A DNA stretch of 59,353 nucleotides, the filler included, from Piptocephalis cylindrospora (taxonomy: Eukaryota), in NCBI GenBank assembly GCA_003614145.1. It is 7 parts of 7 records of this genome, joined end to end, with 100 filler letters (N's around TTAATTAATTAA, not from the genome) between each part and the next. Parts side by side here need not be neighbours in the genome. Positions count along the whole stretch, not along the records: positions 42,605 to 50,950 come from KZ988152.1; positions 51,051 to 59,353 come from KZ988153.1; 5 more parts are not named here. One strand, written 5' to 3'. Position numbers and translations under genes: made by a program. The notes beneath the pieces were generated by a model. It worked only from the letters and a program-made list of their open reading frames with translations. It was not told the DNA's origin and did not search any database. This document shows positions 48,832 to 59,353 of this stretch, piece by piece (within the stretch, counting starts at the first letter, position 1; each line of letters opens with the position of its first letter).

Positions 48832-50469
48832 CTAGCCCATGACCGCAATCTCGGCTGCCAGAATACCACAGGCAACTGCGACGGTAGGGGGAAACGAGTA
48901 GATGCACGCCCGGAAAAACTTCCATCCTACAAACCGAACTCCCTTGGCCTGGGAGAGCGTGGACCACAGGAGGCCAGAGAGCCCGGCAGACACTGTTAGA
49001 TTCGCCCCAAGATCCGCCCCAATTGCCAGGGCGAAAAAGGCTGCCTTGCTCGTCGTCTCACTGACATTCCCGGCAAACTCTTGCGTCTTGAGGGCCCGGG
49101 CAAAGAGGATTGTCATCGGGATGTTGTTGAATGGGATCGACGCCAACGCCGAAATGTACCCCACGGCAAATGCCGCCACAGTCGGGTTGGGGCAGCAGTA
49201 CACTAGCATCTTGGCGAGACGCACCGTCCATCCATGGGCCGAAAGCCCCTCCACTAGGATAAACATCCCCAGGGAAAAGGGAAATACATCGTAAGGTAGT
49301 CGTACAAGCACCTCAGAGGTCACGGGGAACTTTTCCATCATCTTTCTTCCCCGTCTATAAAGTCTGCCAATCACCCCATTCTCTGAGCCTGGATCATCCA
49401 AAATCACCACCGAAGACGTCTCCCTCTTACCTGAAAGTCCCTTCCATCCCTCCTCATTCTGCATGGTCACTTCCTCCTCCAGCATTTGCACTCCCTCCTT
49501 GGCCTCGGACATGTGAATGACCGCGGTAGAGTCTTTACTAGCGGAGCCCCCATCTTTCCTGGGTCGTCTACTCTTCAACAGGGAAACTCCATCGCGAAGT
49601 ACATCGATCACGCAACCCACTACCCCAAAAGGCAATGTTACCATCCAGACCGATACATGGTACAGGGAAGAGACGGCCAGAGCAACCGTCATCCCTAATA
49701 GGAGCAGTGTACCCGTCACGGCAAATCTGGGCTCCTTGAGCGCCGATAGGGGTCGCACCACCGGAGGATCCACTTCCCGTGGGATCTCCCGTCGGTACTG
49801 AACCATCAGGATGGCCCAGGAGCAAAGGCCCGCCCCAAGTGCCGGGAGTACCATCCACGCTGCGTACGTTACGAACGTCAGGTTGTATGCCTGGGCCACG
49901 ATGATATTGTTGAGATTACCCATGAAGAAGATCATCGAGGAGATGTTTGACGCGAAAAACTCCCCCAAGAGAAAGGCGTACGGCTGAAGCTTCATCGCCT
50001 CAGCAAAGTAGATGGCAATCGGTGTCAGAGTCAGGACCGCTACATCCACGTTCGTCACCACCCCATAAACAAAGCTAAGTCCGTAGATCACCGTGTAGAA
50101 TCGTCGACCACTCCGTCCCCCCAGCTTGGCGACCCACAGCGCCGACATCGCCAATGCCCCCGTCATGTCCAGGGAGATACATACCCAAGAGAGCGAGATG
50201 AGCAGGACAAGGATAGCATACGGCTCGATCCCATCAGACCCGGCGATCCCACGCCACAACTCTGCTGGGGAGATTGCGGTGGTGGCCAACGCCAGGATGA
50301 CAGCCAAAACAGGGGCCGTCACTAAGTTCAGAGTGAAGTGGCGTCTTCCCTTGATCCAGGGTATCGGGATGGTTTGAGGAGCGTTGATGCAGATCGCCGT
50401 AAAGAGGAAGAGCACCAGAACAATCCAGGAACGAAAGTCCAGCCGGATCATCTCTCCTGTATCCTGCAT
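48832..50469 (-). CDS. ArsB/NhaD (ion-transporter superfamily) permease, arsenical-pump-membrane-protein type, intronless, 545 aa
   Basis: Roughly 11-13 hydrophobic segments. Motifs SLDMTG, TNVDVAVLTLTPI, ASNISSMIFFMGNLNNIIV, PFSLGMFILVEGL, FNNIPMTIL and ALAIGADLGAN..LSGLLW. Confidence 0.85.
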   Translation of the reverse strand: MQDTGEMIRLDFRSWIVLVLFLFTAICINAPQTIPIPWIKGRRHFTLNLVTAPVLAVILALATTAISPAELWRGIAGSDGIEPYAILVLLISLSWVCISLDMTGALAMSALWVAKLGGRSGRRFYTVIYGLSFVYGVVTNVDVAVLTLTPIAIYFAEAMKLQPYAFLLGEFFASNISSMIFFMGNLNNIIVAQAYNLTFVTYAAWMVLPALGAGLCSWAILMVQYRREIPREVDPPVVRPLSALKEPRFAVTGTLLLLGMTVALAVSSLYHVSVWMVTLPFGVVGCVIDVLRDGVSLLKSRRPRKDGGSASKDSTAVIHMSEAKEGVQMLEEEVTMQNEEGWKGLSGKRETSSVVILDDPGSENGVIGRLYRRGRKMMEKFPVTSEVLVRLPYDVFPFSLGMFILVEGLSAHGWTVRLAKMLVYCCPNPTVAAFAVGYISALASIPFNNIPMTILFARALKTQEFAGNVSETTSKAAFFALAIGADLGANLTVSAGLSGLLWSTLSQAKGVRFVGWKFFRACIYSFPPTVAVACGILAAEIAVMG

Positions 50470-50950
50470 TGCGTAAGAAGAGTAAACCGCTTCGACGAGA
50501 GCTTTCAGGAATGATCAGGGTGCTGGGAAGAGGCTGTTTGGAGGAGAAAAGGGATAATGAACAAGGATACTCTAGGTCATTCGTCTGTTCGCACCATCAA
50601 ATAGGGATGAGGGTGGACGAGATGAAAGTGTAACAAGATGAGGGGATTCGGGGAAATAGACCTCAATTAAAGACAAAGGGTAAATAAGCGGTAAAGGCAA
50701 CCTTCGGATCCAATCATAGCATAGCACTGATGCGCAATGTGGATACTAACGAAAAAAGGTGCAATAGGGGGGGGGGGCCTGTTCCCCTGTACCCCACCTT
50801 TTTCTCTTTTGGGGGTCCTTTTCCCTTTTTTTTTCTCATCCCCGTCAGAATAAGACGGACAGGCCCCGACACGAAGGGAAGAATACGCCCTCTTTCCCGT
50901 CTATTCTTCTTCCTTCCCTTTTCACCTGATTTAGCTTTAGTCTATCTAGT

Positions 50951-51050
50951 NNNNNNNNNNNNNNNNNNNNNNNNNNNNNNNNNNNNNNNNNNNNTTAATT
51001 AATTAANNNNNNNNNNNNNNNNNNNNNNNNNNNNNNNNNNNNNNNNNNNN
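50951..51050. other. Artificial contig linker
   Basis: N44-TTAATTAATTAA-N44. Confidence 0.99.
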
Positions 51051-51473
51051 AATGGGTCAAGTGACATTTGTCTGGATCACCGAGGCTTATGATACCGCCA
51101 AGATGTTTGGAGGGAGGAAGGGGAGGAAGGAGGGGGGAAGGGGGCGGACTTTGAAAAGCGGAGTGAGCGGAGTGTTTCGATTTATCTAATGGTGTAGCAT
51201 GAAGGGGACTTTTGTCCCCTCAGCCCAAGTAGGGATTGCACTGACGCCCTACGTCTTAGGGCCAAGATCAGATGGGGAGAGGGAAGGAGAGAGCCCATTC
51301 TGGATGGGTAAGAAGAATGCCTTTACCAAGGATGGATGGATGGATGGATGGATGGGAAAAGAGGGCTTGGCAAGAACAAGAGGAAATTCATTGTATTCAT
51401 CCGGCTCCTCTTCCATTTGGACACGATGAGACCCAATAAAAGGGAGGAAAGAAAAAAAAGGAGGGGTGGGGGA

Positions 51474-51998
51474 TCATGACCGAGAGAGGTCGATGGCTCC
51501 CTTGAGTCTCTCGACTTCACGAGTCTCCAGGAGGTTAACCAGGGCGTTGGGGAGAGCAGTGGGTCCAGACCCAGTACCAGCCCTATCCTGGTCCACACGA
51601 CGGGCCGAAGCCAGGGGCCAATCCGGGCATGGGGGAGGGCATGAGGCCAGAAGGGAGGCAGAGGGAAGGGGGGGTCGGGTGGCAATGGGAGCTGACCTGG
51701 ACCGAGTACGACGCTTTCCCGCCTGGGGAAGGGGGGAGGGGGCCTTGTCATTATTGGCCTCAATGATCTTGGGAGTTTCCTCTTCTTTCACTGTGGTCTT
51801 GGAGGTCTCCTCGGTGAGGCTGGATGCAGCGGACTCATCAATGGAGACTCCGGGGAAATCCGAGAGAAGATGGGAAAATTGCTGGTGAAAAGCCCAATGA
51901 GGGAAATGGACAGAAGACGAGACCGGAGCAGAAGAATCAATCGGGAGGGAGAGATCGACCGAAGTGATGATCTGGGAGGGGAGAGCCGAATGAAACAT
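51474..51998 (-). CDS. Hypothetical protein, 174 aa, no recognised domain
   Basis: ATG in AACCATG context after a pyrimidine-rich leader, protein-like composition. No family recognised. Confidence 0.45.
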   Translation of the reverse strand: MFHSALPSQIITSVDLSLPIDSSAPVSSSVHFPHWAFHQQFSHLLSDFPGVSIDESAASSLTEETSKTTVKEEETPKIIEANNDKAPSPLPQAGKRRTRSRSAPIATRPPLPSASLLASCPPPCPDWPLASARRVDQDRAGTGSGPTALPNALVNLLETREVERLKGAIDLSRS

Positions 51999-53630
51999 GG
52001 TTTTTGGATTGGAGAAAATGAGCGGATGAAAGGGATGAACAGGGTCGTGGGGATGGGGGTGGAGGTAAAGGTAGCAGTTGGTAAGGGTAAGGAGGATAAT
52101 GGGTGGTGGGGGGCGTATATGGACGCTTCTTAATTCAGGATGCCTGAATGGGCTTTTTGGATGTGTACGTGGGGACGCGAGCTACGGCAGAGGGATATGG
52201 GAAGAAGGAGGCAGGAAGCTGGGTGGCGCACGTACGAGGAAGTAGATGGAGTAAGAGGACGAGAGGGAGGGAGGGAAGGAGAGGAGGGAGAGAGATAGGA
52301 AGAAATAGGAAATGGGTGAGGTCAAGGAAAAAGGAGGAATAGATGGAGGTGGGGAGAAGGGTAGGGTAGGGTAAGGGTCGCAAGTGCGTAATGAAGAAGA
52401 GAGGGAGGACAAGGAGCAAATGGGCAAGGAAAGGACGAAAGGAAAGAGGATGAAGGATCATCCAGGTCTTTATACAGCCTTGGTCATGGGATGGGGCCTT
52501 TTGTTCACCCAGATGTTGTAACCTTGTACGCCTCTGCGAGACGATAGGGACGGCTTAACACTTCCCTAGAATGAGCATATCTCCTATGGAGAGGGGACGG
52601 CTCCCTTGACCCTTGCCAGGCAAGGCTCTTCTAGAAGAAGGGGCATCGATGGGACTGGGAAGGAGGAGCTCCATGTGGATTGGGTGGAGGGAGTCGATCC
52701 CTTCCCAAGTCACTCCGACGCCTCCCTTTTTCCCTTCCCCGATGCACATTGATGGTGTGGCGATGAGGGGACATGGGGAGGCTTAGGGCTTCCCCACACA
52801 TACATACACATACACACACAGAGAGAGAGAGAAAAGAAGGGGGGGGGGTACAAGGATGGTGGGACAAGTTGGGAGGATGAAGATGCAATATCGGATGGTC
52901 AACAGCCAACGATACTATTTCTCTATCTTTGGCATGACCATAGGGGGGAGGGAGGGAGGAAGGATTGTACGATGGGGATGATGACGGCGGAGATGGGAGA
53001 AATGTTTCCTCTGAAACACCTCTTCCTCATCCCCAGCAATAATGATCTCAGACTAGCATAGTGATCCCTCCAAGGATCCGCCATGGGAAATGAACTGGAT
53101 CAGGTATCTTACTATTATTACCCACCCTGACTGAGGGACATAGCTGCGGCTGCAAAGAATCAAGGTGGGCCTTCTGCATGGACGAGGCATTGTCTCCGCA
53201 ACCTTCCGGGTATGGGAAGGGTACCTCGAGTAAAGTACGCTTCTTGACGCCATGCAACTCGAGGCATGAGAGCGGGAAAGGAGGATACGGTCATGCAAGG
53301 CGACTCTGTGGATGGGATTGTGACGGATATGGATAAACCAACACACGCGAGGCCTGCTTTCTTTTCAATAGGGTGTGTGCGCCTCTATTTTGGCAAAAGT
53401 CATATTTATTCTCCGTAGTCATTTTCATCCATAGCTATAGCTATTTCGAGCCCCTACTATTCCTGGTGGTGTCCGCGTGCGGCTGGGCCGACTTTCTGGC
53501 ATACAGGCCGAGAGAGAAACGGAGAGAGATGGAGGAAAGATCGATGGGGTACGTCATGCAAAGCCACTTTATCGGAGATGATATTTTTATCTTGATAGGC
53601 CCCATTTGGGTGTAGAGATTGGGAGGAGTC

Positions 53631-53673
53631 GGGAGTTGGGTTGGGAGTTGGGAGTTGGGAGTTGGAAGTTGGG
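53631..53673 (+). repeat. (GGGAGTT)n short tandem repeat, ~5-6 imperfect units
   Basis: GGGAGTTGGGTTGGGAGTTGGGAGTTGGGAGTTGGAAGTTGGG. Confidence 0.8.
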
Positions 53674-54130
53674 GATAATGGACGTATCAAGGGAGAACGG
53701 AAGAGAGAGGGCTTCACGTGTCGATCCCCCACACTCATCCCATCGGATATCACAAAATGAGCTGTCAGACACCATCGGAGATGGCGATCAAGTGTCCTCG
53801 GGATAGGAGGAGAATCGCCACTTTATCCGATGCTGTCATCGACACGGATAAACCTTCCCCGGCGTGTGAAGGGGAGGAGCTCCTCCTGTCTGTGCTGCAT
53901 GACATGCCGCCCTTCCTCTTCCTGCTGTGTGACATGCGTAATAGCTCCGCCTTCCCTACCAGAACCGATCGATGGTTCCGTACATTCGGATTTAACCCTC
54001 CTCACATTCAAGAAGACCAATAGAGGCATGGAAGGAAATTGAGCTAGAAAATGAATCGTGTCTTTTTCCCTCATCTACTCGCACGATCCCTAGTGTGTAC
54101 ACACACCCTCCCGCTCGGCCAGGTGGTGTT

Positions 54131-55216
54131 TTAGTAAGTCTGCTCATACTCATCTCCGCCCTCGCCCTCGCCCTCGCCCTCATCATCACCCTCATCTTCA
54201 ACATCTTCAACATTTTCAACATCATCTTCAACGTCTTCAACATCTTCAACATCGTAATCACCGCTATCATCGTCGTTGTCACCGTCGTTGTCACCATCGT
54301 TACCACTGTTACCGTTGTCACCGTCGTTATCATCCTCGATATTCTCCTCGGTGTCCTCGTTGGTGTCATCATCATGCTCATCACCTTCATCGGCGTCATC
54401 CTCGTTGCAAAGCTTACCGGTGGCGTAGTAGTTGGAAGCATCGTATTTGCCGTTACCACTGCCATAGACGGGGTCACAGCTATTGTGCTTCTTCTTCTTG
54501 GAAGAGTGGGGATCCTTCTTGGATGAGTAGGCATCCTTCTTGGAGTAGGTATCCTTCTTGGAGTAGGGGTCCTTCTTGGAGTAAGGGTCCTTGGAGTAAG
54601 GATCCTTGGAGTAAACATCCTTGGAGTAGGGGTCTTCCTTAGAGTAGGTCTTACCCTTGTGGTGAGGACGCTTCTTGTGATGGCGGGGGCGGTGGTCGTG
54701 CTTACCATCCTCATCATCACAGGAGTCATCATTACCCTTGTAGGGATCCTCCTTGGAGTAGGCATCCTTCTTGGAATATGGGTCTTCCTTGGAGTAAGGA
54801 TCCTTGGCGTAAACATCCTTCTTGGAGTAGGGATCCTCCTTGGAGTAGGCATCCTTCTTGGAATAGGGATCCTCCTTGGAATAGGGGTCCTTGGTGTAAG
54901 CGCTGTTGTTATCATCATTACCCTCCCCGTGGCCGCGGTAGCCGTGACCACGATGATGCCTATGGCCATGACCATGACCGTGACCGTGACCGTGACCATG
55001 ACCGTGACCGTGACCGTGGCCATGGCCGTGACCGTGGCTATAACCATGGGGACGGTGGTGGGGATGATGGGGTCCATGAGGCTCGCGGTAATGAGCAGGA
55101 TCGGAAGGACCATCGTACCGCTGGGCGGCGGATCCGGGGATCAGGGAGGAAGAGGCCAGGACTAGGGCCGTGGCCACGAGGGCCAGGGAGGTGGAGGAGC
55201 TGGGCAGGAAGTGCAT
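54131..55216 (-). CDS. Secreted repeat protein (~361 aa): signal peptide, (HG)12H, two blocks of YSK(E/K)D(P/A) repeats, Asp/Glu-rich tail
   Basis: ATG at 55216 (MHFLPSSSTSLALVATALVLASSSLIPGSAA-QR). HG tract at 54962-55036, repeat blocks at ~54741-54899 and ~54510-54650. Repeats vary at synonymous positions, which supports this frame. Confidence 0.85.
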   Translation of the reverse strand: MHFLPSSSTSLALVATALVLASSSLIPGSAAQRYDGPSDPAHYREPHGPHHPHHRPHGYSHGHGHGHGHGHGHGHGHGHGHGHGHRHHRGHGYRGHGEGNDDNNSAYTKDPYSKEDPYSKKDAYSKEDPYSKKDVYAKDPYSKEDPYSKKDAYSKEDPYKGNDDSCDDEDGKHDHRPRHHKKRPHHKGKTYSKEDPYSKDVYSKDPYSKDPYSKKDPYSKKDTYSKKDAYSSKKDPHSSKKKKHNSCDPVYGSGNGKYDASNYYATGKLCNEDDADEGDEHDDDTNEDTEENIEDDNDGDNGNSGNDGDNDGDNDDDSGDYDVEDVEDVEDDVENVEDVEDEGDDEGEGEGEGGDEYEQTY

Positions 55217-56253
55217 GGTGCCGGTGCGCAAGTTTAGTGTGTGAGGGATAAGGAGGGTTCCTTAGTGTTTATTTGGATGGAGGGAGTGTAAGGCAAGTAG
55301 GATGTGTGCGATCGAGGTTATCAGGAGGGTGGGGATGAGGAATGAATGGTGTGATGGGATGGGGTGAGATGCAAGGTTGCGTCGATGTTGCATGAAAGGA
55401 GGGGATATTTAAGGATTCGGATCTGGTAGGACGCTCTGATATCCTATATGCCCTCTCCTCCCCTGATACTGTGAACATAGCTTAGGCAGGGAAGAGAGGG
55501 GAAGGGAGGAGTGCATTCATGGTAAATCACATCCCCCTTTGATAGTAAGATGGGTCAACTGGATGTAAAGCCTTTTTCAGGTGGGAGATTCCCTCCCACC
55601 CCTTGAAAGAAGGGTATAGAAGGGGAAGGGGTGTAAGACTATGAGAAAGAATGCACCTAATGGTTCACATCAATGAGCACTAAGGGTACCCCCCTAGATC
55701 CTCTTCTTGGTCTGGGAAGAAGGGTATGGTCACAAAACCCTCTTACCCTGCTGCACGATGGGGTGTACGCGTGCATGTATGTGTGCTCACCGTTCCTGAC
55801 CTAGGATGTATTTTTCAACTTTGTACATTCAGCTTGCTGTGCCACTGTTACACATTCGTGGGGGCGGGAGTGGAGGCGGGCAGAGAGATATGGTCGGTGG
55901 TCGAGCACATCCCACATCTATTGACTCAGGGGAAAAAGATATAATGTGAAAAGAGAGAGGAAAGGGGAGGATGGATAAGAAGGTGGCATCAGACTATCTC
56001 ACTCTCCTTTGATCCGTACCATCTACCCCTTAATCATCGCGCTGCCATTGTATTCCCCTCCCCTTGAAATATTTGATGTTCTCGACTAACGGATGAATTG
56101 GTGTAGGGCAAGCATGTTCAACGCCGCTTTGGCCGGCAGATCTTCCACCCTTACCCTTTATATCCCCTTAGAAAGCATCCACGACATCATGTTCTTCTCA
56201 GTACTCAACCCTTCCTTGATGCACTAAATCCTCCCGATGGAGATGGCTGTTTA

Positions 56254-57141
56254 TTACTCCTCATCCTCAGCATCACTTGTTCCGAAAAACTCATCCTCCT
56301 CGACTAGTGACTCTCCTTGATCTAGATCGACCCATGAAGGAAGAAATAATGAGTGCGGGTTCACGATGAGAAATGAACTCCATACTCCACGTACCCTTCT
56401 TCCCACTCGTCTTTTTCTTTGTAGAGGCAGACGAAAAGGAGGCCGGGTCACCTCCTGCTATGATATCCTTGGCCCTTTGTCTTAGGGTCTCTCTTTGTCG
56501 AGCCACCTTAGAGTCCTCAGGAAGATCTGAGCTTTTAAAGAGGGAAATGTACTTGCTTCCGCTTGGATAATGCTATCATCAAGGAGGGATCAGAGTTGTT
56601 AAAGGCTATCCCACCTTAAACAGGATGTCGTACCTGGATATAGGCCAAATCTACGGCTAGATCCTCCAATTGCTTATTCAACTCATCTTCTTCCCCCTCC
56701 TCTTGACCTCCTTCTTTGGCCTTTTTTAATGATCTCTCCACCTTGCGAATTTTTCGTTCTACCTTACTCTTTTCTACATACATAGGAATGAGGAATGCGT
56801 TAGGCTCCCTGACTTGAGCGAGAAGCATGGCATATGGCTTTGCTGGAAGACTGATACTGGGGCTTACCAAAGAACTTGATCATATGATACTTTTTCGCTC
56901 GTTTTTTCTCAATCTCCCCGTTTTGCCGGGACTCTAGTCGAAGTACCAGGGCCTTTTCCCTCCGTTCCGCGTCGACGCGAACATTGGCCTCCAGATTCTC
57001 CTGAAGGGGAAAATGGGATGAGCGAGTAGGTTCACAGACCCTGGGTCCCTCTCCTCCTTTGCTTACCCTCTTGAGTAATCGACGAGTATCCCGAAGCCTC
57101 TTTCGTAGGGCTGAAGAGCTATTCTCTGTTTGAGGCGCCAT
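56254..57141 (-). CDS. EFG1: rRNA-processing protein Efg1, 5 exons
   Basis: Exons 57141-57067, 57000-56868, 56773-56634, 56572-56395 and 56321-56254, in phase. Motifs LRKRLRDTRRLL, KKYHMIKFFE..KVERK, VDLAYIQHYP...KYISLF and the terminal EEDEFF. Confidence 0.9.
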
Positions 57142-57398
57142 CCTGGAAACGGGACGAAGTGACTTGATGAAAGGAGGAAGATGAGGAGGCCTTTTTCTTT
57201 TTGAAAAGCAAATGATGCTTTGAGACACACACATTCTCTGCGGATGTGAATGATATCCCCGCTCTCTTCAACACCACAGTGTCGAAAAAGGTCAACAAAA
57301 AAATGCCAAAATTACACTCAGCCCCTCTCTTTATGATGTGGTCAGTGTGTCTTGGGAGCAATTCCATCCATGAGACAATCCTCGATCCCTTCGCTATT

Positions 57399-57438
57399 TA
57401 CTACTACTACTACTACTACTACTACCACTACTACTACA
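57399..57438. repeat. (TAC)n microsatellite
   Basis: About 13 units with one interruption. Confidence 0.9.
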
Positions 57439-58207
57439 ATTCTCGATTCCGAGTATGGAAAGTTCACACAGAAATGCCGATATACGAGTCCCCTCTCAAG
57501 ACTAATGGCAGTGGTGATTGACCTAGGTCTACATACTTGAAAGACTATTTTTACCATGCATATCGTGTAGCAGGTGGGATAGAATGACCATCGTGAAGGT
57601 ACCTATGACTACAGCACCAAGGATGATGGCCAATCACTATCTGCCAGCTTTGGGAAGGGATGTGCTGCTGTGAGGATAGGTGGAGGAAACGATTAACCGA
57701 TCAAGAATGAGGATGAAATGGAAATACCCAGGTGTTGTTAAGCAAAGACAGGTCCTCTTCATGACATTCCATCCGACCCTTCCTCTTTCTTTCATCTCCT
57801 TGATGATCCGTCCTTCTATTCCGATTCGATCTCCTAGCCAAAAAAGTCTAGCGGGGTTGGGGACCACTCTCATCTATCCACCCACATTCCCTAGGTCGGA
57901 ATGCTACCGGATTAGGAAGTCTACAGTGCTAACCGCCGTCTCAGACTGGGGGGCTCCCTCGGGCTGGCATCCATTCCCTCCTTCTACGTGATACTTCCAT
58001 GTAGAACCCTGGTTTTGACCATGTCAGTAGCCATGGCAGCGGATGCCCGTTTCTAGGACCCATTCTTCGTCGTCTATAAGTATCCTCAGGGTGTATCGGA
58101 TCATCAAGGTCACCCTAGTCTTCACATCCCATCCCATTCCTACCTTGCCTCCTACCCCCCATCCCTTACATTATCCTTTTCCCCTCTCCCTCCCCTCCTC
58201 TCTCAAC

Positions 58208-58414
58208 ATGCTCTTCAAGTCCACTACCCTCTCGGCCCTGGCCATCGTTCTTGCCCTGGCCTCCTCCCAGGCCATGGCCCACAACGGCGTGGACCACAGC
58301 AAGGGCGAGACCCACAGTGATGCGTCCAACTCGACATCCGCCGCCACGACCGTGTCGCCCATGGCTGGATTCGTTGTGTTGTCCGGCACGGCTCTCGTCG
58401 CCCTTCACCTTTAA
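58208..58414 (+). CDS. Very small secreted, probably GPI-anchored peptide (68 aa) with predicted mature N-terminal His
   Basis: MLFKSTTLSALAIVLALASSQAMA-HNGVDHSKGETHSDASNSTSAA-TTVSPMAGFVVLSGTALVALHL. CAACATG context, C-ending codon bias, AxA cleavage site and a hydrophobic C-terminus. Confidence 0.8.
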   Translation: MLFKSTTLSALAIVLALASSQAMAHNGVDHSKGETHSDASNSTSAATTVSPMAGFVVLSGTALVALHL

Positions 58415-59353
58415 TAATATGACTGATCACTCTTACTCGCTGGTCTTTTAGGAAATATACTTTCTGTGCAAGATGTTTCCACCATTTCTCTCTGTATGTG
58501 TATGTGTTGACAGTAGGCTGCTGGACTCTTCAGTTCCTCGTGCTCATCAATCACCAATCAGACTACCCTTAAAGAGAGAGTACAAGATTTATGGAAGAAA
58601 GGAGCATGGGCGGTCGTATCTTGATATGTCTGAGTGAGCGAGGGGCCCATGGAATTACGGGGGGTGTCCCTACCCATTGTCCAAAGCAGACACTTTTGCC
58701 CAAGAGGGTGGGCCTTTATCCAGACAAGATCTCCTGGGTGAGTAGAATGGGCCCAGGTCTAGTCTGCATCCACCTTTTTTTTGTATTGAAAAATGTATTG
58801 TCTTGTGGGGGAATCACCCAAAGGGGCTGGCTTGAGCCCAACTTGACTTACAAATCGTGCGTTTTGCAGCAGGGTGTTTTTTGAATCCTGTTTAGTGATG
58901 GGTAACTAGATCATTTGTCCATACATTGCCTTTTCTCTTTTTCCAGACCTGGTCTGGATCACTGTCTGGGGTACCAGGATGAACTGATAAAAAAAGAGAT
59001 TATGGTTTTTGCTTGCTGGCTTGATGGGTCTCCTCATTCACACAAGGAAATTGCTACTCCGTTCCCAAGAAAGTTTCCTCAGGAATGTTCCCTCGATCTC
59101 TTTCTCCGCCCTGCTATGGCTCATACGCACACTACAGTTCAAACCTTGCCGATCCCCTCCTCCCCACACTTGTCTCACTGACCTTGGCTTGGGTCATCCT
59201 CTTGGGATGAGCAAGCGATGATCTGGACCATTCAATGCCTTTCTCCATTTCACACTGGCCACGTTAATCATCCATTTCGTTTTTTCCTTTCTGCTTGAGC
59301 TCTTCCGCTCGTGTTGTCGCTTTGAATGACCCAGCCTGACTGGACTCACCCTC

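Noticed and set aside
53631..53673. Telomere-like repeat
   Set aside because: Internal, short and imperfect; the unit GGGAGTT is not TTAGGG.
53992..55251. Alternative-frame repeat ORFs (PRRIPT, ILLGVG repeats)
   Set aside because: Shadows of the secreted repeat gene; only the 55216-54131 frame has a signal peptide and synonymous-site variation.

Overview
This is eukaryotic, intron-containing fungal DNA, not a prokaryotic or contiguous locus. Seven unrelated ~8.3-8.5 kb contigs of decreasing length are joined by six identical 100-nt artificial linkers (N44-TTAATTAATTAA-N44), so gene neighbourhood is meaningful only within a contig. Short GT-AG introns (~60-120 nt), a fungal-type kinesin-1, Rpp40 and the divergent proteins suggest an early-diverging fungus. 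Poly-C/G contig ends and one in-gene inversion suggest an amplified (single-cell/MDA) draft. Both of those are inferences. Contig 1 (1-8456) holds an LTR-like repeat, a 97-bp tandem array, a degenerate-FHA gene, an Mps1-like kinase with a homopolymer frameshift and an internally deleted LINE. Contig 2 holds kinesin-1, Rpp40 and a CobW/ZNG1 GTPase. Contig 3 holds a VPS9-domain GEF whose catalytic motif is flipped onto the opposite strand, plus TFIIIC Tfc4. Contig 4 holds a second LTR-like copy, a catechol O-methyltransferase, an Sfr1/Mei5-like gene, an ABCG half-transporter and a split-PH protein. Contig 5 holds TRM2, tRNA-Ser(TGA), QCR7 and a tandem pair of orphan 7TM GPCR-like genes. Contig 6 holds a head-to-head pair of orphan paralogues and an ArsB/NhaD-type permease. 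Contig 7 holds a secreted (HG)12/YSKxDP-repeat protein, EFG1 and a 68-aa His-tipped GPI-type peptide. The best novelty candidates are the orphan 7TM pair, the orphan head-to-head paralogues and the two secreted His-rich proteins. All family calls come from motif recognition by eye; no searches were run.
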